Source: an uncultured Bifidobacterium sp.
GTDB lineage: Bacteria > Bacteroidota > Bacteroidia > UKL13-3
DNA length: 64,000 nt
Assembly: GCA_964442045.1 (NCBI GenBank)
Contig: CAYTWI010000004.1
Location: 2,273 to 66,272 of the forward strand
Reading direction: 5' to 3'
Position 1 is the stretch's first letter, and the number at the start of each line of letters is the position of its first letter. A program made the translations under genes and the position numbers. The notes beneath the pieces are model-generated. The model was not told the origin of the DNA, did no database searches, and saw only the letters and a list, made by a program, of their open reading frames with translations. Positions 42,322-51,409 of the stretch are shown piece after piece.

Positions 42322-43517
42322 GCCTGTGTATTTACCTGATGAAAAATAGAAGCCGCATTACCAAATATTTTTGAAAATCCTTTTACATCATCGCCACTCC
42401 ATGTATTATTCATTTCGCCATAACTGCCAAACTGAGCCGCCATTAAATCGTTGGGCGACTCGATGCCATTAATAACAAAACGATAAGGAGCCAGTGTAAC
42501 AAAAACTTTTCCGCTTACCTTTTTTTGAGTACCCTCAAAAAACGATTCTATATTGCGCATTACAGGGTCTAAAAACTGTCCTTCATGCAGCCAGTTACCA
42601 TACCAGTCAGCCAATTGATCTTTTAAAAACAATTGCCATTTGGTAAGCACATGTTTCTCCAATGTATAATGTGCTTTTAAAATAATTAAAGGAGCAGCCG
42701 CTTCAAAACCTACCCTGCCTTTAATGCCAATAATGGTATCGCCTACATGAATATCTCTGCCTATAGCATAAGGAGCAGCCATTGCCTGCAAACACTGTAT
42801 AGCCTGAACCGGATTGTCAAACAGCTGTTCGTTTACGCCCACCAGTTCACCTTCATTAAAAGTAAGTACTGCCTGCGCAGGTGTTTCCTTTGTTAAGGGA
42901 GTTGGAAAAGCCTCCTCCGGTAAATAATTATTGGATGTTAGCGTTTCCATACCACCTACCGAAGTACCCCATAAACCTTTGTTAACAGAATACTTTGCTT
43001 TCTCAAAATTCATGTCAACACCATGCGTTTTCAAAAATTGTATTTCTTCCTCGCGCGATAGCTTCATATCACGTATAGGAGTTATAATCTCCATATCCGG
43101 AATCAGTATATTGAATATCATATCAAACCTGACCTGATCATTACCTGCGCCTGTGCTTCCATGCGCTACACAGGCAGCACCTGTTTCTTTTGCATAGTTG
43201 GCAATGGCCGTTGCCTGGTTAATACGTTCGGCACTTACCGACAAAGGATACGTTTTGTTTTTGAGTACATTTCCAAATATCAGATACCTGATACAGTTGG
43301 TATAAAAACGATTGGTTTCATCAATACAGGTAAAAGAGGCTGCACCAAGTGCCAAGGCCCTGCTTTCTATTTCCTTTACCTCATCAGCAGTAAACCCGCC
43401 TGTATTAACCGTTACGGCATGTACCTCTAAATTTTTTATTTTCGATAAATAAACAGCGCAGTACGATGTATCTAATCCGCCACTGAATGCCAGTACTACT
43501 TTTTCCTTTTTCATCAT
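42318..43517 (-). CDS. argG: Argininosuccinate synthase
   Basis: 399 aa with a PP-loop …VVLAFSGGLDTS… and the ASS core. Confidence 0.9.
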   Translation of the reverse strand: MMKKEKVVLAFSGGLDTSYCAVYLSKIKNLEVHAVTVNTGGFTADEVKEIESRALALGAASFTCIDETNRFYTNCIRYLIFGNVLKNKTYPLSVSAERINQATAIANYAKETGAACVAHGSTGAGNDQVRFDMIFNILIPDMEIITPIRDMKLSREEEIQFLKTHGVDMNFEKAKYSVNKGLWGTSVGGMETLTSNNYLPEEAFPTPLTKETPAQAVLTFNEGELVGVNEQLFDNPVQAIQCLQAMAAPYAIGRDIHVGDTIIGIKGRVGFEAAAPLIILKAHYTLEKHVLTKWQLFLKDQLADWYGNWLHEGQFLDPVMRNIESFFEGTQKKVSGKVFVTLAPYRFVINGIESPNDLMAAQFGSYGEMNNTWSGDDVKGFSKIFGNAASIFHQVNTQA

Positions 43518-44101
43518 GCTGTTTCAACCATGGGGTAAGCGTGAACAAATTCCTTTGTTTTCAATAAAGGATCAAAAAGCATGGCTGTACAAAGGCAGTT
43601 CTTTTTGCCTTTGCTTTGCAGTATTTCATAATTCACACAGCTTTTACAACCTTCCCAAAAATTTTCATCGGTGGTTATTTCGGCATATACCACAGGCTCA
43701 TAACCCATTTCCGAATTTATTTTCATAACGGCCGAACTGGTAGTTAAACCAAATACTTTGGCGTTTGGAAACTTTACTTTCGCTAACTTAAAAATCTCCC
43801 GTTTAATGGTTCGTGCCAATCCTTTTTCGCGAAACGGGGCAGCTACTATTAATCCGGAGTTAGAAACATACTGGTCGTTTTGCCACGATTCTATATAACA
43901 AAACCCTGCCCACTCACCCGTATGGGTTAAAGCAATGATAGCCTTGCCATCCAGCATTTTTTGAATAATCTGGGCCGGACTGCGTTTTGAAATGCCCGTA
44001 CCACGTTGTTTCGCTGACGATTCCATTTCACGGCTTATTTGTGGTGCAAATTGAATATGATAGTCGTTTGCCTTTATCACTTCAAATGACAAGTTACTCA
44101 T
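43514..44101 (-). CDS. GNAT family N-acetyltransferase, likely the operon's N-acetylglutamate-forming enzyme
   Basis: 195 aa. The acetyl-CoA binding motif …APFREKGLARTI… (R/Q-x-x-G-x-G/A) and its position at the head of argGCDF'BEH fit a GNAT. Confidence 0.65.
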   Translation of the reverse strand: MSNLSFEVIKANDYHIQFAPQISREMESSAKQRGTGISKRSPAQIIQKMLDGKAIIALTHTGEWAGFCYIESWQNDQYVSNSGLIVAAPFREKGLARTIKREIFKLAKVKFPNAKVFGLTTSSAVMKINSEMGYEPVVYAEITTDENFWEGCKSCVNYEILQSKGKKNCLCTAMLFDPLLKTKEFVHAYPMVETA

Positions 44102-44406
44102 TCTAATTTTATTCTATTTTATAGTTTAAATATCTATTTAAGCAACAAATGTAAGATGTTTTATCTTTTAAATGCAACTAATTAAGAATTATTTTAACTT
44201 TAACAATATATTAAGAGAATAAATATCCGATATAAAGAGCACCTCCCTGCCTAAAACAAAAGGCACTTAAATAAGCTGCATAAGCAATTTATAACAAGCT
44301 AAAAAAGAGGACACTTATTCCCCTTTCTATTTTATTTTTCCATTTCAGCTGAGCCAAAAATTTATGTATCATTGCGTATAATTACCCATTAGGTGGTAAC
44401 CGGAGT

Positions 44407-44886
44407 ATGAAATTTGGAACGCAGCTAATTACCAAACACAAAGAATTTTTAACCTATGGCATTTCCATGGCTATGGTGTTGTTTTTACTCCAGTTCCTCG
44501 AAGCTCATTTTATTGTTTTTAACTACCGCCTCGATTTTTTTATTGGCAGTATTGCCATCCTGTTTACCGTTTTGGGTATATGGTTAGCCTTAAAACTGGT
44601 TAAGCCAAAAGTAGAAACCCGCATTATAGAAAAAGAGGTTTATATAGATAAGCCGAGTGCAGCAGAAATTAACCAGGCCGAAATAACCAGACTAGGTATC
44701 AGCAAACGCGAGTTGGATGTATTGCAATTAATGGCTACCGGGTTAAGCAATGAAGAGATAGCAGAGCAATTATTTATAAGTTTGAATACCGTGAAAACAC
44801 ATTCGTCCAATATATTTTTAAAGCTCGATGTAAAAAGACGAACGCAGGCAGCTGAAAAAGCCAAACGGTTGAATATCATTAATTAG
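44407..44886 (+). CDS. LuxR-family (GerE HTH) regulator with N-terminal transmembrane segments
   Basis: 159 aa with two N-terminal TM helices and a C-terminal …RELDVLQLMATGLSNEEIAEQLFISLNTVKTHSSNIFLKLDV… LuxR-type HTH. Confidence 0.7.
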   Translation: MKFGTQLITKHKEFLTYGISMAMVLFLLQFLEAHFIVFNYRLDFFIGSIAILFTVLGIWLALKLVKPKVETRIIEKEVYIDKPSAAEINQAEITRLGISKRELDVLQLMATGLSNEEIAEQLFISLNTVKTHSSNIFLKLDVKRRTQAAEKAKRLNIIN

Positions 44887-45008
44887 GCACACTGCTACTT
44901 TAGTATGAAAGTATAAAGTAGTAGCAAAATCACCCGAAAGTATGAAGCCCAAGCAGCAAACCGAAGGTAGTTTTGTGGCCTATTAATCATTTAAAAAAAC
45001 AAAACATT

Positions 45009-45554
45009 ATGCAAAAAAACAGTTTAGTATTCGGAGCCATTGCAGGCGTAATTGTAAGCACTTTTATGGCTACTTCCATGGCAATGATGTCGTGCGGCAG
45101 TGGCGACATGGATGGTGGAAGCACCAGTATGATTATTGGCTTTAGTGCCATGGCAGTTGCCTTCTCTTTTATTTTTGTAGGCATTAAAAATTTCCGCGAC
45201 AAGCAAAATGGCGGTACCATTACTTTTGGCAAAGGTTTTTTATTGGGCCTTTTTATCAGCTTAATTGCCTCTACTATGTATGTAATAACCTGGGGCGTGG
45301 AATTTCATTTCTTTATGCCCGATTTTATAGATAAATACTCAGCCATGCAGGTGAAGCAATTGCATGAAAGCGGTGTAACAGGTGCTAAGCTTGATGAAGC
45401 AGTTAAAGAAATAGAAACGGCTAATCACAATTACAAGCACAATATCTTTTTCTTTGCTTTGTACACCTATGCTGAAATATTGCCTGTAGGCATTTTAATA
45501 ACCCTCATCAGTGCACTCATTTTAAAAAGAAAAACACCGGTAGTAGCCGCTTAA
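45009..45554 (+). CDS. DUF4199-like membrane protein
   Basis: Starts MQKNSLVFGAIAGV… and is polytopic. The track ORF begins upstream at 44973. Confidence 0.5.
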   Translation: MQKNSLVFGAIAGVIVSTFMATSMAMMSCGSGDMDGGSTSMIIGFSAMAVAFSFIFVGIKNFRDKQNGGTITFGKGFLLGLFISLIASTMYVITWGVEFHFFMPDFIDKYSAMQVKQLHESGVTGAKLDEAVKEIETANHNYKHNIFFFALYTYAEILPVGILITLISALILKRKTPVVAA

Positions 45555-45574
45555 TTATTATATAAATTATTACA

Positions 45575-46000
45575 ATGGAAGAACAAAAAAACACAAACTC
45601 CCATACCGAACCCAAAGTAACAGGAGTTGGGGGTATTTTCTTTTTTAGCGAAAACCCAAAGGAAACCAGTGCCTGGTATAAGGCTCATTTAGGATTGGAT
45701 ACCAACGACTATGGTGCCACTTTTGAATTCAGAAACCTGAACAAGCCGGAGGAAATTAAACAGTTGCAATGGAGTCCTTTTAAACAAGGCAGCCAATACT
45801 TTGCACCTTCTAAAAAAGAGTTTATGATTAACTACCATGTGCAGCATATAGAAGAGCTGGTAAAAAACCTGAAAGAAAAAGGCGTAACCGTATTGGACGA
45901 AATAACCACTTACGACTACGGAAAGTTTGTACACATTATGGACCCCGAAGGCAATAAAATAGAGTTGTGGGAGCCAACTATTGAGGATAATAAAAACTAA
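45575..46000 (+). CDS. VOC (glyoxalase/bleomycin-resistance fold) family protein
   Basis: 141 aa with …VTGVGGIFFFSENPKETSAWYKAHLG… and …KIELWEP…, typical of VOC. Confidence 0.65.
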   Translation: MEEQKNTNSHTEPKVTGVGGIFFFSENPKETSAWYKAHLGLDTNDYGATFEFRNLNKPEEIKQLQWSPFKQGSQYFAPSKKEFMINYHVQHIEELVKNLKEKGVTVLDEITTYDYGKFVHIMDPEGNKIELWEPTIEDNKN

Positions 46001-46007
46001 TTATTGG

Positions 46008-46826
46008 ATGATTCTAATGAGAAAAAGTATCCTATTCATAATACTTGCATTTGCATTTATACAGACAAACTTATTTTCCCAACCATCAGGTATAATTAAT
46101 CGAAAAGACACAGCAATCTTTCACCAATTTGGACAAACAGTTTTCCCTTTTAGCTACAATGGCAAAATGGGCTTAATTGATAACAATAACAAAATAGTTT
46201 TACCCGCAATTTATTCAAGAATAGGTTATATTTATGACAACTACAGATCCTATAGCATAGATGGAAAGGAAGGGTTTCTTAAAGTTAATGGAGACATATT
46301 AATTGAAGCTATATACGACAAAGTTGGATATTTCTCTGATGGAATTGCATATGTTAAGGCTAATAGAAAAGTAACATTTATTGATACAAGCGGAAAAATG
46401 ATTTGTCAATGGTTTGATGAAACTTATTCATTCCAAAACAACTTTGCGTCTGTAAGACTAGGCAATAAATGGGGAGCAATTAGCAAATCAGGCAAAGTCA
46501 TTGTTGAAATAAAATACCAACATGTAGCAGCATTTTCTAAATATGGTTTGACAAGAATAAAACTCAATAATAAGTACGGCTATGTTAACTCAAATGGAGC
46601 AGTAACAATTCCAATTAATTTTTCAGATGCATCACATTTCTTTGATGATTTATGCGCAGTTAAAAGGGGTGGAAAATGGGGGTTTATAGATACTAATGGT
46701 AATATGATTATTCCTTTTCAATATAGAAAAGCTAATTCCTTTAGCAAAGGAGCATTATATACTTCTGTGAAAGTTGGACTCTTTAAATGGGAGCGAATAA
46801 ATAGAAAAGGAGAAATCGTAAAATAG
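46008..46826 (+). CDS. WG-repeat (KWG) containing secreted protein
   Basis: Repeated …G(K)WG(A/F)I(D/S)..G…I… units (KWGAISKSGKVIVE, KYGYVNSNGAVTIP, KWGFIDTNGNMIIP) and a signal peptide. Confidence 0.6.
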   Translation: MILMRKSILFIILAFAFIQTNLFSQPSGIINRKDTAIFHQFGQTVFPFSYNGKMGLIDNNNKIVLPAIYSRIGYIYDNYRSYSIDGKEGFLKVNGDILIEAIYDKVGYFSDGIAYVKANRKVTFIDTSGKMICQWFDETYSFQNNFASVRLGNKWGAISKSGKVIVEIKYQHVAAFSKYGLTRIKLNNKYGYVNSNGAVTIPINFSDASHFFDDLCAVKRGGKWGFIDTNGNMIIPFQYRKANSFSKGALYTSVKVGLFKWERINRKGEIVK

Positions 46827-46838
46827 CTACTTTATAGA

Positions 46839-47180
46839 ATGAAAGAAATAGACATCCATAAAATCATCAAGCAATTCATAAAACATGCAAACGCTTTTGA
46901 TGTAGAGGCAGCACTCACTTTATTTGCTCCTGATGCCGTAATTGATGATGTATCCGTTGGCGAAAAGTTTAAAAACGCCAACGGTGTACGCAAATATTTG
47001 GAAACCTATTTTGTGGGTTACAAAACAGTAACTAAATTAGAATCTGTTGAAGTAACTGACAACAAAAACGCCAAAGCACAAGTTGATTTTACAGGTAACT
47101 TCGGGCATGAAACAGGGGGCTTAGACTTCACTATAAATAATGATGGATTGATAACTTTAATAAGTGCTTATCTGGATTAA
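46839..47180 (+). CDS. NTF2-like/SnoaL-like small protein
   Basis: 113 aa with …LFAPDAVIDDVSVGEKF… consistent with the SnoaL_2 fold. Confidence 0.55.
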   Translation: MKEIDIHKIIKQFIKHANAFDVEAALTLFAPDAVIDDVSVGEKFKNANGVRKYLETYFVGYKTVTKLESVEVTDNKNAKAQVDFTGNFGHETGGLDFTINNDGLITLISAYLD

Positions 47181-47209
47181 AGTCAGATAAACAACTTGGA
47201 GTGACCTTA

Positions 47210-47947
47210 TTAAATATCAGTGGGATAAATTCTTTTTTCAACCATCCATGTAATAGCTTTTACTATTTCATCTTCTGAAAATTTTTGTTTATGAGAAGAC
47301 CATGCATACACTTTTTTAACAATTAGATTATTACTAAAAATCTCTTTCTTATTAAGAACTTCAGTCCAACATGCATAGATAGTCGCTATTAACTCAATCT
47401 CCTGTGTTTTAGTTTTTCTAAATGTCTCAATAAGCAACTCTATTCCTAAAAGATATTCTGAATAATATTTTTCATACCATTCTTTATGGCCACCTATATT
47501 TTCTAATGGTTTATACTTTGGAAAAGTATCCGTTGAATTAAATTCAAACCATTTGTGTTCCTTAAACTGTTTATCCAAAGACCTCATCAAAACAGGATCA
47601 TATGGCCCCATTGCTTGTTTTAGAAAATTTACATGAATAGGCATTTTCTCAACTTGTTGACATAAATATATTAGTTTTTGAAGTTTTAAATGTCCAATCG
47701 TCCATTCATCTTTCAGCCTATAAACTATTTCAGCAGCAAGAACTGTTCTTTTATGGTAATCAATACGTGTAATAGAAGTATTTGATTTCCTTATTGACTT
47801 AAGTATTTTTTCTGGATTGATTGCATTAGCATTTGCTTCATATGAATAATCCTTATAAATTTCATTAAAAAGCCTCAATTCTTCTGAATTTTCGGGCAAC
47901 CCATAACCTAATGAGTTAAAAAAACTATCTAAATCAATCTCTTTCAT
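47210..47947 (-). CDS. Panacea (DUF4065, SocA-like antitoxin) domain protein
   Basis: 245 aa. The central …GHLKLQKLIYLCQQ…AMGPYDPVLMRSL… matches the Panacea consensus (h-LKLQKLlYyaq … GPv.P.ly). It has an N-terminal ~80 aa and a C-terminal ~100 aa of unknown function. Its ATG overlaps the upstream sigma gene's stop (ATGA). Confidence 0.6.
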   Translation of the reverse strand: MKEIDLDSFFNSLGYGLPENSEELRLFNEIYKDYSYEANANAINPEKILKSIRKSNTSITRIDYHKRTVLAAEIVYRLKDEWTIGHLKLQKLIYLCQQVEKMPIHVNFLKQAMGPYDPVLMRSLDKQFKEHKWFEFNSTDTFPKYKPLENIGGHKEWYEKYYSEYLLGIELLIETFRKTKTQEIELIATIYACWTEVLNKKEIFSNNLIVKKVYAWSSHKQKFSEDEIVKAITWMVEKRIYPTDI

Positions 47948-48600
47948 TTAGTCACACTCATTTTTAAAATTTCTAACCCTTGATTTATTTTGTCAATTGC
48001 TTCCTTTTTATAAGCTCTAATAGTAGTTTGCTTTATATCACCTAAATAATGTCTCAGCTCCGCTTGAAGTTTTTTAGGTAAGTTACACCCAAGTTTTTCA
48101 TACGCTTTATAAGTTAGATAAACAACTCTATGACTGTCGGGCAAAGACTGTATAATACTATATTTAAGTTTGTTTTCAGCATCCAGCCTATCTATAGGAA
48201 TATCTGGCATATTTACAATAATTGTTTCGTTACCATCATAATAATGTCCAAGTCTTTTTTTCTCTTGCTGTCTATAATAATTAATTAACTCATTTTTACT
48301 TATCCTATATAAATATATCTGAAAAGATTCATCAATTGTTTTTCCTTTAGCTTTTAAAGGGTTGAAATCAAAAGTACCAGTTTGAGCATATGCTTTAAAT
48401 GTATTTTCTGCTATAATTTCTGCTACGTCAGGCCCATGTCCATATCGTTTACAGCTAATTTCACATTTTTTCAATAAATCTTCTCTGAATCTATGAACCA
48501 GAATGATAAAGGCACTATCTCTATCAGGCTCCAATTTATTTTGAAACAACCTAATAAGTTCTTCTGAACTTTTGCTATTTAATATTTCAAGGCTATTCAT
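47944..48600 (-). CDS. Sigma-70 family (ECF-like) RNA polymerase sigma factor
   Basis: 218 aa with a region-2-like N-terminus (…FIILVHRFREDLLKK…) and a region-4 HTH at the C-terminus (…RVVYLTYKAYEKLGCNLPKKLQAELRHYLGDIKQTTIRAYKKEAIDKI…). AT-rich. Confidence 0.6.
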   Translation of the reverse strand: MNSLEILNSKSSEELIRLFQNKLEPDRDSAFIILVHRFREDLLKKCEISCKRYGHGPDVAEIIAENTFKAYAQTGTFDFNPLKAKGKTIDESFQIYLYRISKNELINYYRQQEKKRLGHYYDGNETIIVNMPDIPIDRLDAENKLKYSIIQSLPDSHRVVYLTYKAYEKLGCNLPKKLQAELRHYLGDIKQTTIRAYKKEAIDKINQGLEILKMSVTK

Positions 48601-48802
48601 ACTTATACATAAAAGCGTTGGTCACGCTTTTCGTAGTCAATTAGAGAACTCAAACATAAGCATTAAATACAAAATAATAAAAGTGATAAAAAAGAACAGT
48701 AATTCACAAATAATTCAAGGCTATAGTGCTAAGAATCAACAGCAGGTGATGCCTATACACCTTAATGTTATAAGCTATTTTTCCACTATAACTATTTTAT
48801 TT

Positions 48803-48958
48803 ATGAATATACAAAAAACATCGAATAATCAAGTTCAAATATGCAAAAACGACCTCTGTATTAACGCTGAAGGTAAATATGCAGAAGCCATTTCCAAAGC
48901 CATCATAGTTATGATGCTTTTATATGGTGCGGCAGCTTTGATTAAAGCTATCCGTTAG
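48803..48958 (+). CDS. Small peptide (51 aa; MNIQKTSNNQVQICKNDLCINAEGKYAEAISKAIIVMMLLYGAAALIKAIR), hypothetical
   Basis: Divergent from the sigma gene. It ends directly before a hairpin (GGTGAGTA-TTCT-TACTCACC + TTTCTC) at 48966-48985 that would terminate a + strand transcript. The C-terminal half is hydrophobic. Confidence 0.25.
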   Translation: MNIQKTSNNQVQICKNDLCINAEGKYAEAISKAIIVMMLLYGAAALIKAIR

Positions 48959-49018
48959 TAAATTAAGGTGAGTATTCTACTCACCTTTCTCAAAATTTCA
49001 ACTTAATTTTAAAAATCA

Positions 49019-49354
49019 ATGAATAATCCAAAATTTACAATTTACAAAAGCACAGTTAATTCTCAATACTATTATCGCTTACGCGCTAAAAACGGAGAAA
49101 TCATCTTAAATGGTGAAGGTTATACAACCAAACAAGGTTGTCTTAACGGAATCGCATCTGTCAAACAAAATGCTCCATATGACATCAGATATGACCGTAA
49201 AGATAGTTACAGCAACTATACGTTCAATCTAAAATCTTCAAATGGAGAAATCATTGGAAGAAGCGAAAACTACACAAGTTCCGCTTCTAGAGAGAATGGA
49301 ATTGCTGCAGTAAAAGCTGATGCTCCTAACGCTCCAACCGAAGACTTAACTTAA
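49019..49354 (+). CDS. YegP/DUF1508 (UPF0339) tandem-domain protein
   Basis: 111 aa with two repeats of the F.(I/L)(Y/K)..(S/N)…G.YY..L(K/R)(A/S).NGE(I)I (YegP) pattern. Confidence 0.7.
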   Translation: MNNPKFTIYKSTVNSQYYYRLRAKNGEIILNGEGYTTKQGCLNGIASVKQNAPYDIRYDRKDSYSNYTFNLKSSNGEIIGRSENYTSSASRENGIAAVKADAPNAPTEDLT

Positions 49355-49382
49355 AAATATTAAATTTAAGTCTACTCTAAAT

Positions 49383-49416
49383 GCAAAAAAGGCTTACATT
49401 TTCATGTAAGCCTTTT
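49383..49416 (+). terminator. Rho-independent terminator (AAAAAAGGCTTACAT-TTTC-ATGTAAGCCTTTTTTAT)
   Basis: Perfect 9-bp stem with a T6 tract, right after the yegP-like stop. Confidence 0.55.
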
Positions 49417-49435
49417 TTATGAATCAATATTCCCC

Positions 49436-49480
49436 CATACAACCTCCCACTATCAATAATCTCTACTTGCTTACCCATGT
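49436..49480. repeat. Diverged duplicate of the 3' terminus of the DEAD-box helicase gene (direct repeat partner of 50172-50215)
   Basis: CCCCCATACAACCTCCCACTATCAATAATCTCTACTTGCTTACCCAT versus CCCTCTTACATCCGCTCACTATCAATAATCTCTACCTGTTTACCCAT at 50172-50215. Its reverse complement encodes …NMGKQVEIIDSGRL… versus the authentic …KMGKQVEIIDSERM*. Confidence 0.55.
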
Positions 49481-49631
49481 TTATAGGGTACTTTGTTCCT
49501 CAGGCAGCAATTAAATACGCATGGGTGTATTTATACCAGTGGGTAAAACAAGCCACACAAAGCAATGAATACAGGGGTATTGAAGCCTCAGCAATCAATC
49601 GGGATGTGTAGCATCTTTATTGCATAGGTGT

Positions 49632-50150
49632 ATGACAATGATTAGACAAATAATTTATTTATGCCTGCTTGTAAGTGCCATTTCATGCATGCCGGATGAG
49701 GAAAGAATAGTCAATGACGATACATTGAATGAAACAGATAAACATTTTTTAAGGGAAGCAGGATTGGCAAACATGGCGGAGCTTGATGTAGCACAGTTAG
49801 CCATGACAGATGCCAACCACGACTCCGTTCAAATGTTTGCCGTGATGATGAACCGCGACCACCTGCAAGCCTATGATGAACTGCAAACACTGGCATTGAA
49901 TTTCGGCATCACTGTTTCGCAGGAGCCCGATGAAAACCATAAACAAATAAAACAACAACTGATGGGACAATCAGGGCCGGCCTTTGACAGCAACTATATG
50001 GAGAAACAGATAACTGACCATGAAAATACCATCAGTTTATTTGAAACAGAAGTAAACGGTGGGCAAAACCAGCAGGTAATGTTTTATGCCAATAAATACC
50101 TGCCTGGTCTCAGGTTGCGTTTAGCAAAAGCACAAAACATGGAAATGTAA
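49632..50150 (+). CDS. DUF4142-like (ferritin-like) predicted periplasmic/outer-membrane protein
   Basis: MTMIRQIIYLCLLVSAISC (lipoprotein-like signal) followed by two helical repeats (…DKHFLREAGLANMAELDVAQLA… / …DSNYMEKQITDHENTISLFE…). The track ORF starts at TTG 49620. Confidence 0.55.
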   Translation: MTMIRQIIYLCLLVSAISCMPDEERIVNDDTLNETDKHFLREAGLANMAELDVAQLAMTDANHDSVQMFAVMMNRDHLQAYDELQTLALNFGITVSQEPDENHKQIKQQLMGQSGPAFDSNYMEKQITDHENTISLFETEVNGGQNQQVMFYANKYLPGLRLRLAKAQNMEM

Positions 50151-50169
50151 TGGCATATCATAAGCCCTC

Positions 50170-51306
50170 TTACATCCGCTCACTATCAATAATCTCTACC
50201 TGTTTACCCATCTTTTTTTGGATAATACCAAAATGATGTAGCTCGCTCGGACTCACTAAGGAAATAGCATCGCCTGTATTACCTGCGCGGCCTGTTCTGC
50301 CAATGCGGTGTATATAATCTTTAGGCGAGCGGGGCAATTCATAATTAATTACAAAAGGCAGCGAAAGTATATCAATACCCCTTGCCATTAAATCGGTAGC
50401 TACCAATACCCGCAGCTTGCCTGTTTTAAACAAATGTAAAGCTTCTGTTCTGCCACCCTGGCTTTTTTTGCTGTGAATGGCTCTTGCATCTATATTGTTT
50501 TTAAGCAGTTTATTTACAATGGCATCGGCCTGGTAAACAGAAGAGGCAAACACCAATACTTGTTTCATGTCGTGGTGATTAATGAGGTAACGTAAAAACG
50601 GCCCTTTCTTATCTTCGGATACAATATAAGCCAGCTGGTTTATCAGCTCCAGCGAGTCTTCCTCTTCGGCTATTTTAATCACAACCGGGTTGTGCAACAT
50701 CAACTGGTGTATCAGTTGCACATCATCGTTTAAAGTAGCCGACAATAATATATTCTGGCGTTTGGCAGGCAACAGGGCCAGTATTTTATTTACTTCTTCT
50801 TTAAAGCCTAGGTTAAGCATCTTATCGGCTTCGTCCAATACCAGTGTTTCAATACCCGATACATGTACCGCATTGGAATCAATCAACTCCAATAACCTGC
50901 CGGGTGTAGCCACCAGTATATTTACGCCCTGCAAGGCCATCATTTGCGGGTTAATGGAAACACCACCGTATACGGCCAGTGTTTTAACGGGCTCCGTCAA
51001 TGCTTTACTAAATGTATGGAATACCTCTTTTACCTGTTCGGCCAGCTCGCGCGTAGGTACCAACACCAATATATGGGCATGGCGGTTTTTAAGTTTGGCT
51101 GCCGGCTTGACCTGCATTAAAAGCGGCAATACATAGCTGGCTGTTTTACCCGCTCCGGTTTTGGCAATACCCAATACATCGTTTTTATTCAATATAGCCG
51201 GTATGGCTGTTTCCTGTATAGGTGTGGGTATAGAAAACTCCTGTTTTTCCAGCGCCTTTAACAAGGCAGGCGAAAGGCCTAAGGATGTAAATGACGTATG
51301 ACTCAT
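50170..51306 (-). CDS. DEAD-box ATP-dependent RNA helicase
   Basis: 378 aa with a Q-motif …PTPIQ…, Walker A AKTGAGKT, DEAD (VLDEADKML), SAT, and motif VI HRIGRTGRAG. Confidence 0.88.
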   Translation of the reverse strand: MSHTSFTSLGLSPALLKALEKQEFSIPTPIQETAIPAILNKNDVLGIAKTGAGKTASYVLPLLMQVKPAAKLKNRHAHILVLVPTRELAEQVKEVFHTFSKALTEPVKTLAVYGGVSINPQMMALQGVNILVATPGRLLELIDSNAVHVSGIETLVLDEADKMLNLGFKEEVNKILALLPAKRQNILLSATLNDDVQLIHQLMLHNPVVIKIAEEEDSLELINQLAYIVSEDKKGPFLRYLINHHDMKQVLVFASSVYQADAIVNKLLKNNIDARAIHSKKSQGGRTEALHLFKTGKLRVLVATDLMARGIDILSLPFVINYELPRSPKDYIHRIGRTGRAGNTGDAISLVSPSELHHFGIIQKKMGKQVEIIDSERM

Positions 51307-51409
51307 GTAGGGTGTAAAAGTAGCTTTAAAATAGCTAAAACAAGTATTTAACTGCTATACTCACATGAATAAACAGGTATACACGCACTACAGGCAACTT
51401 GGTTTAAGT

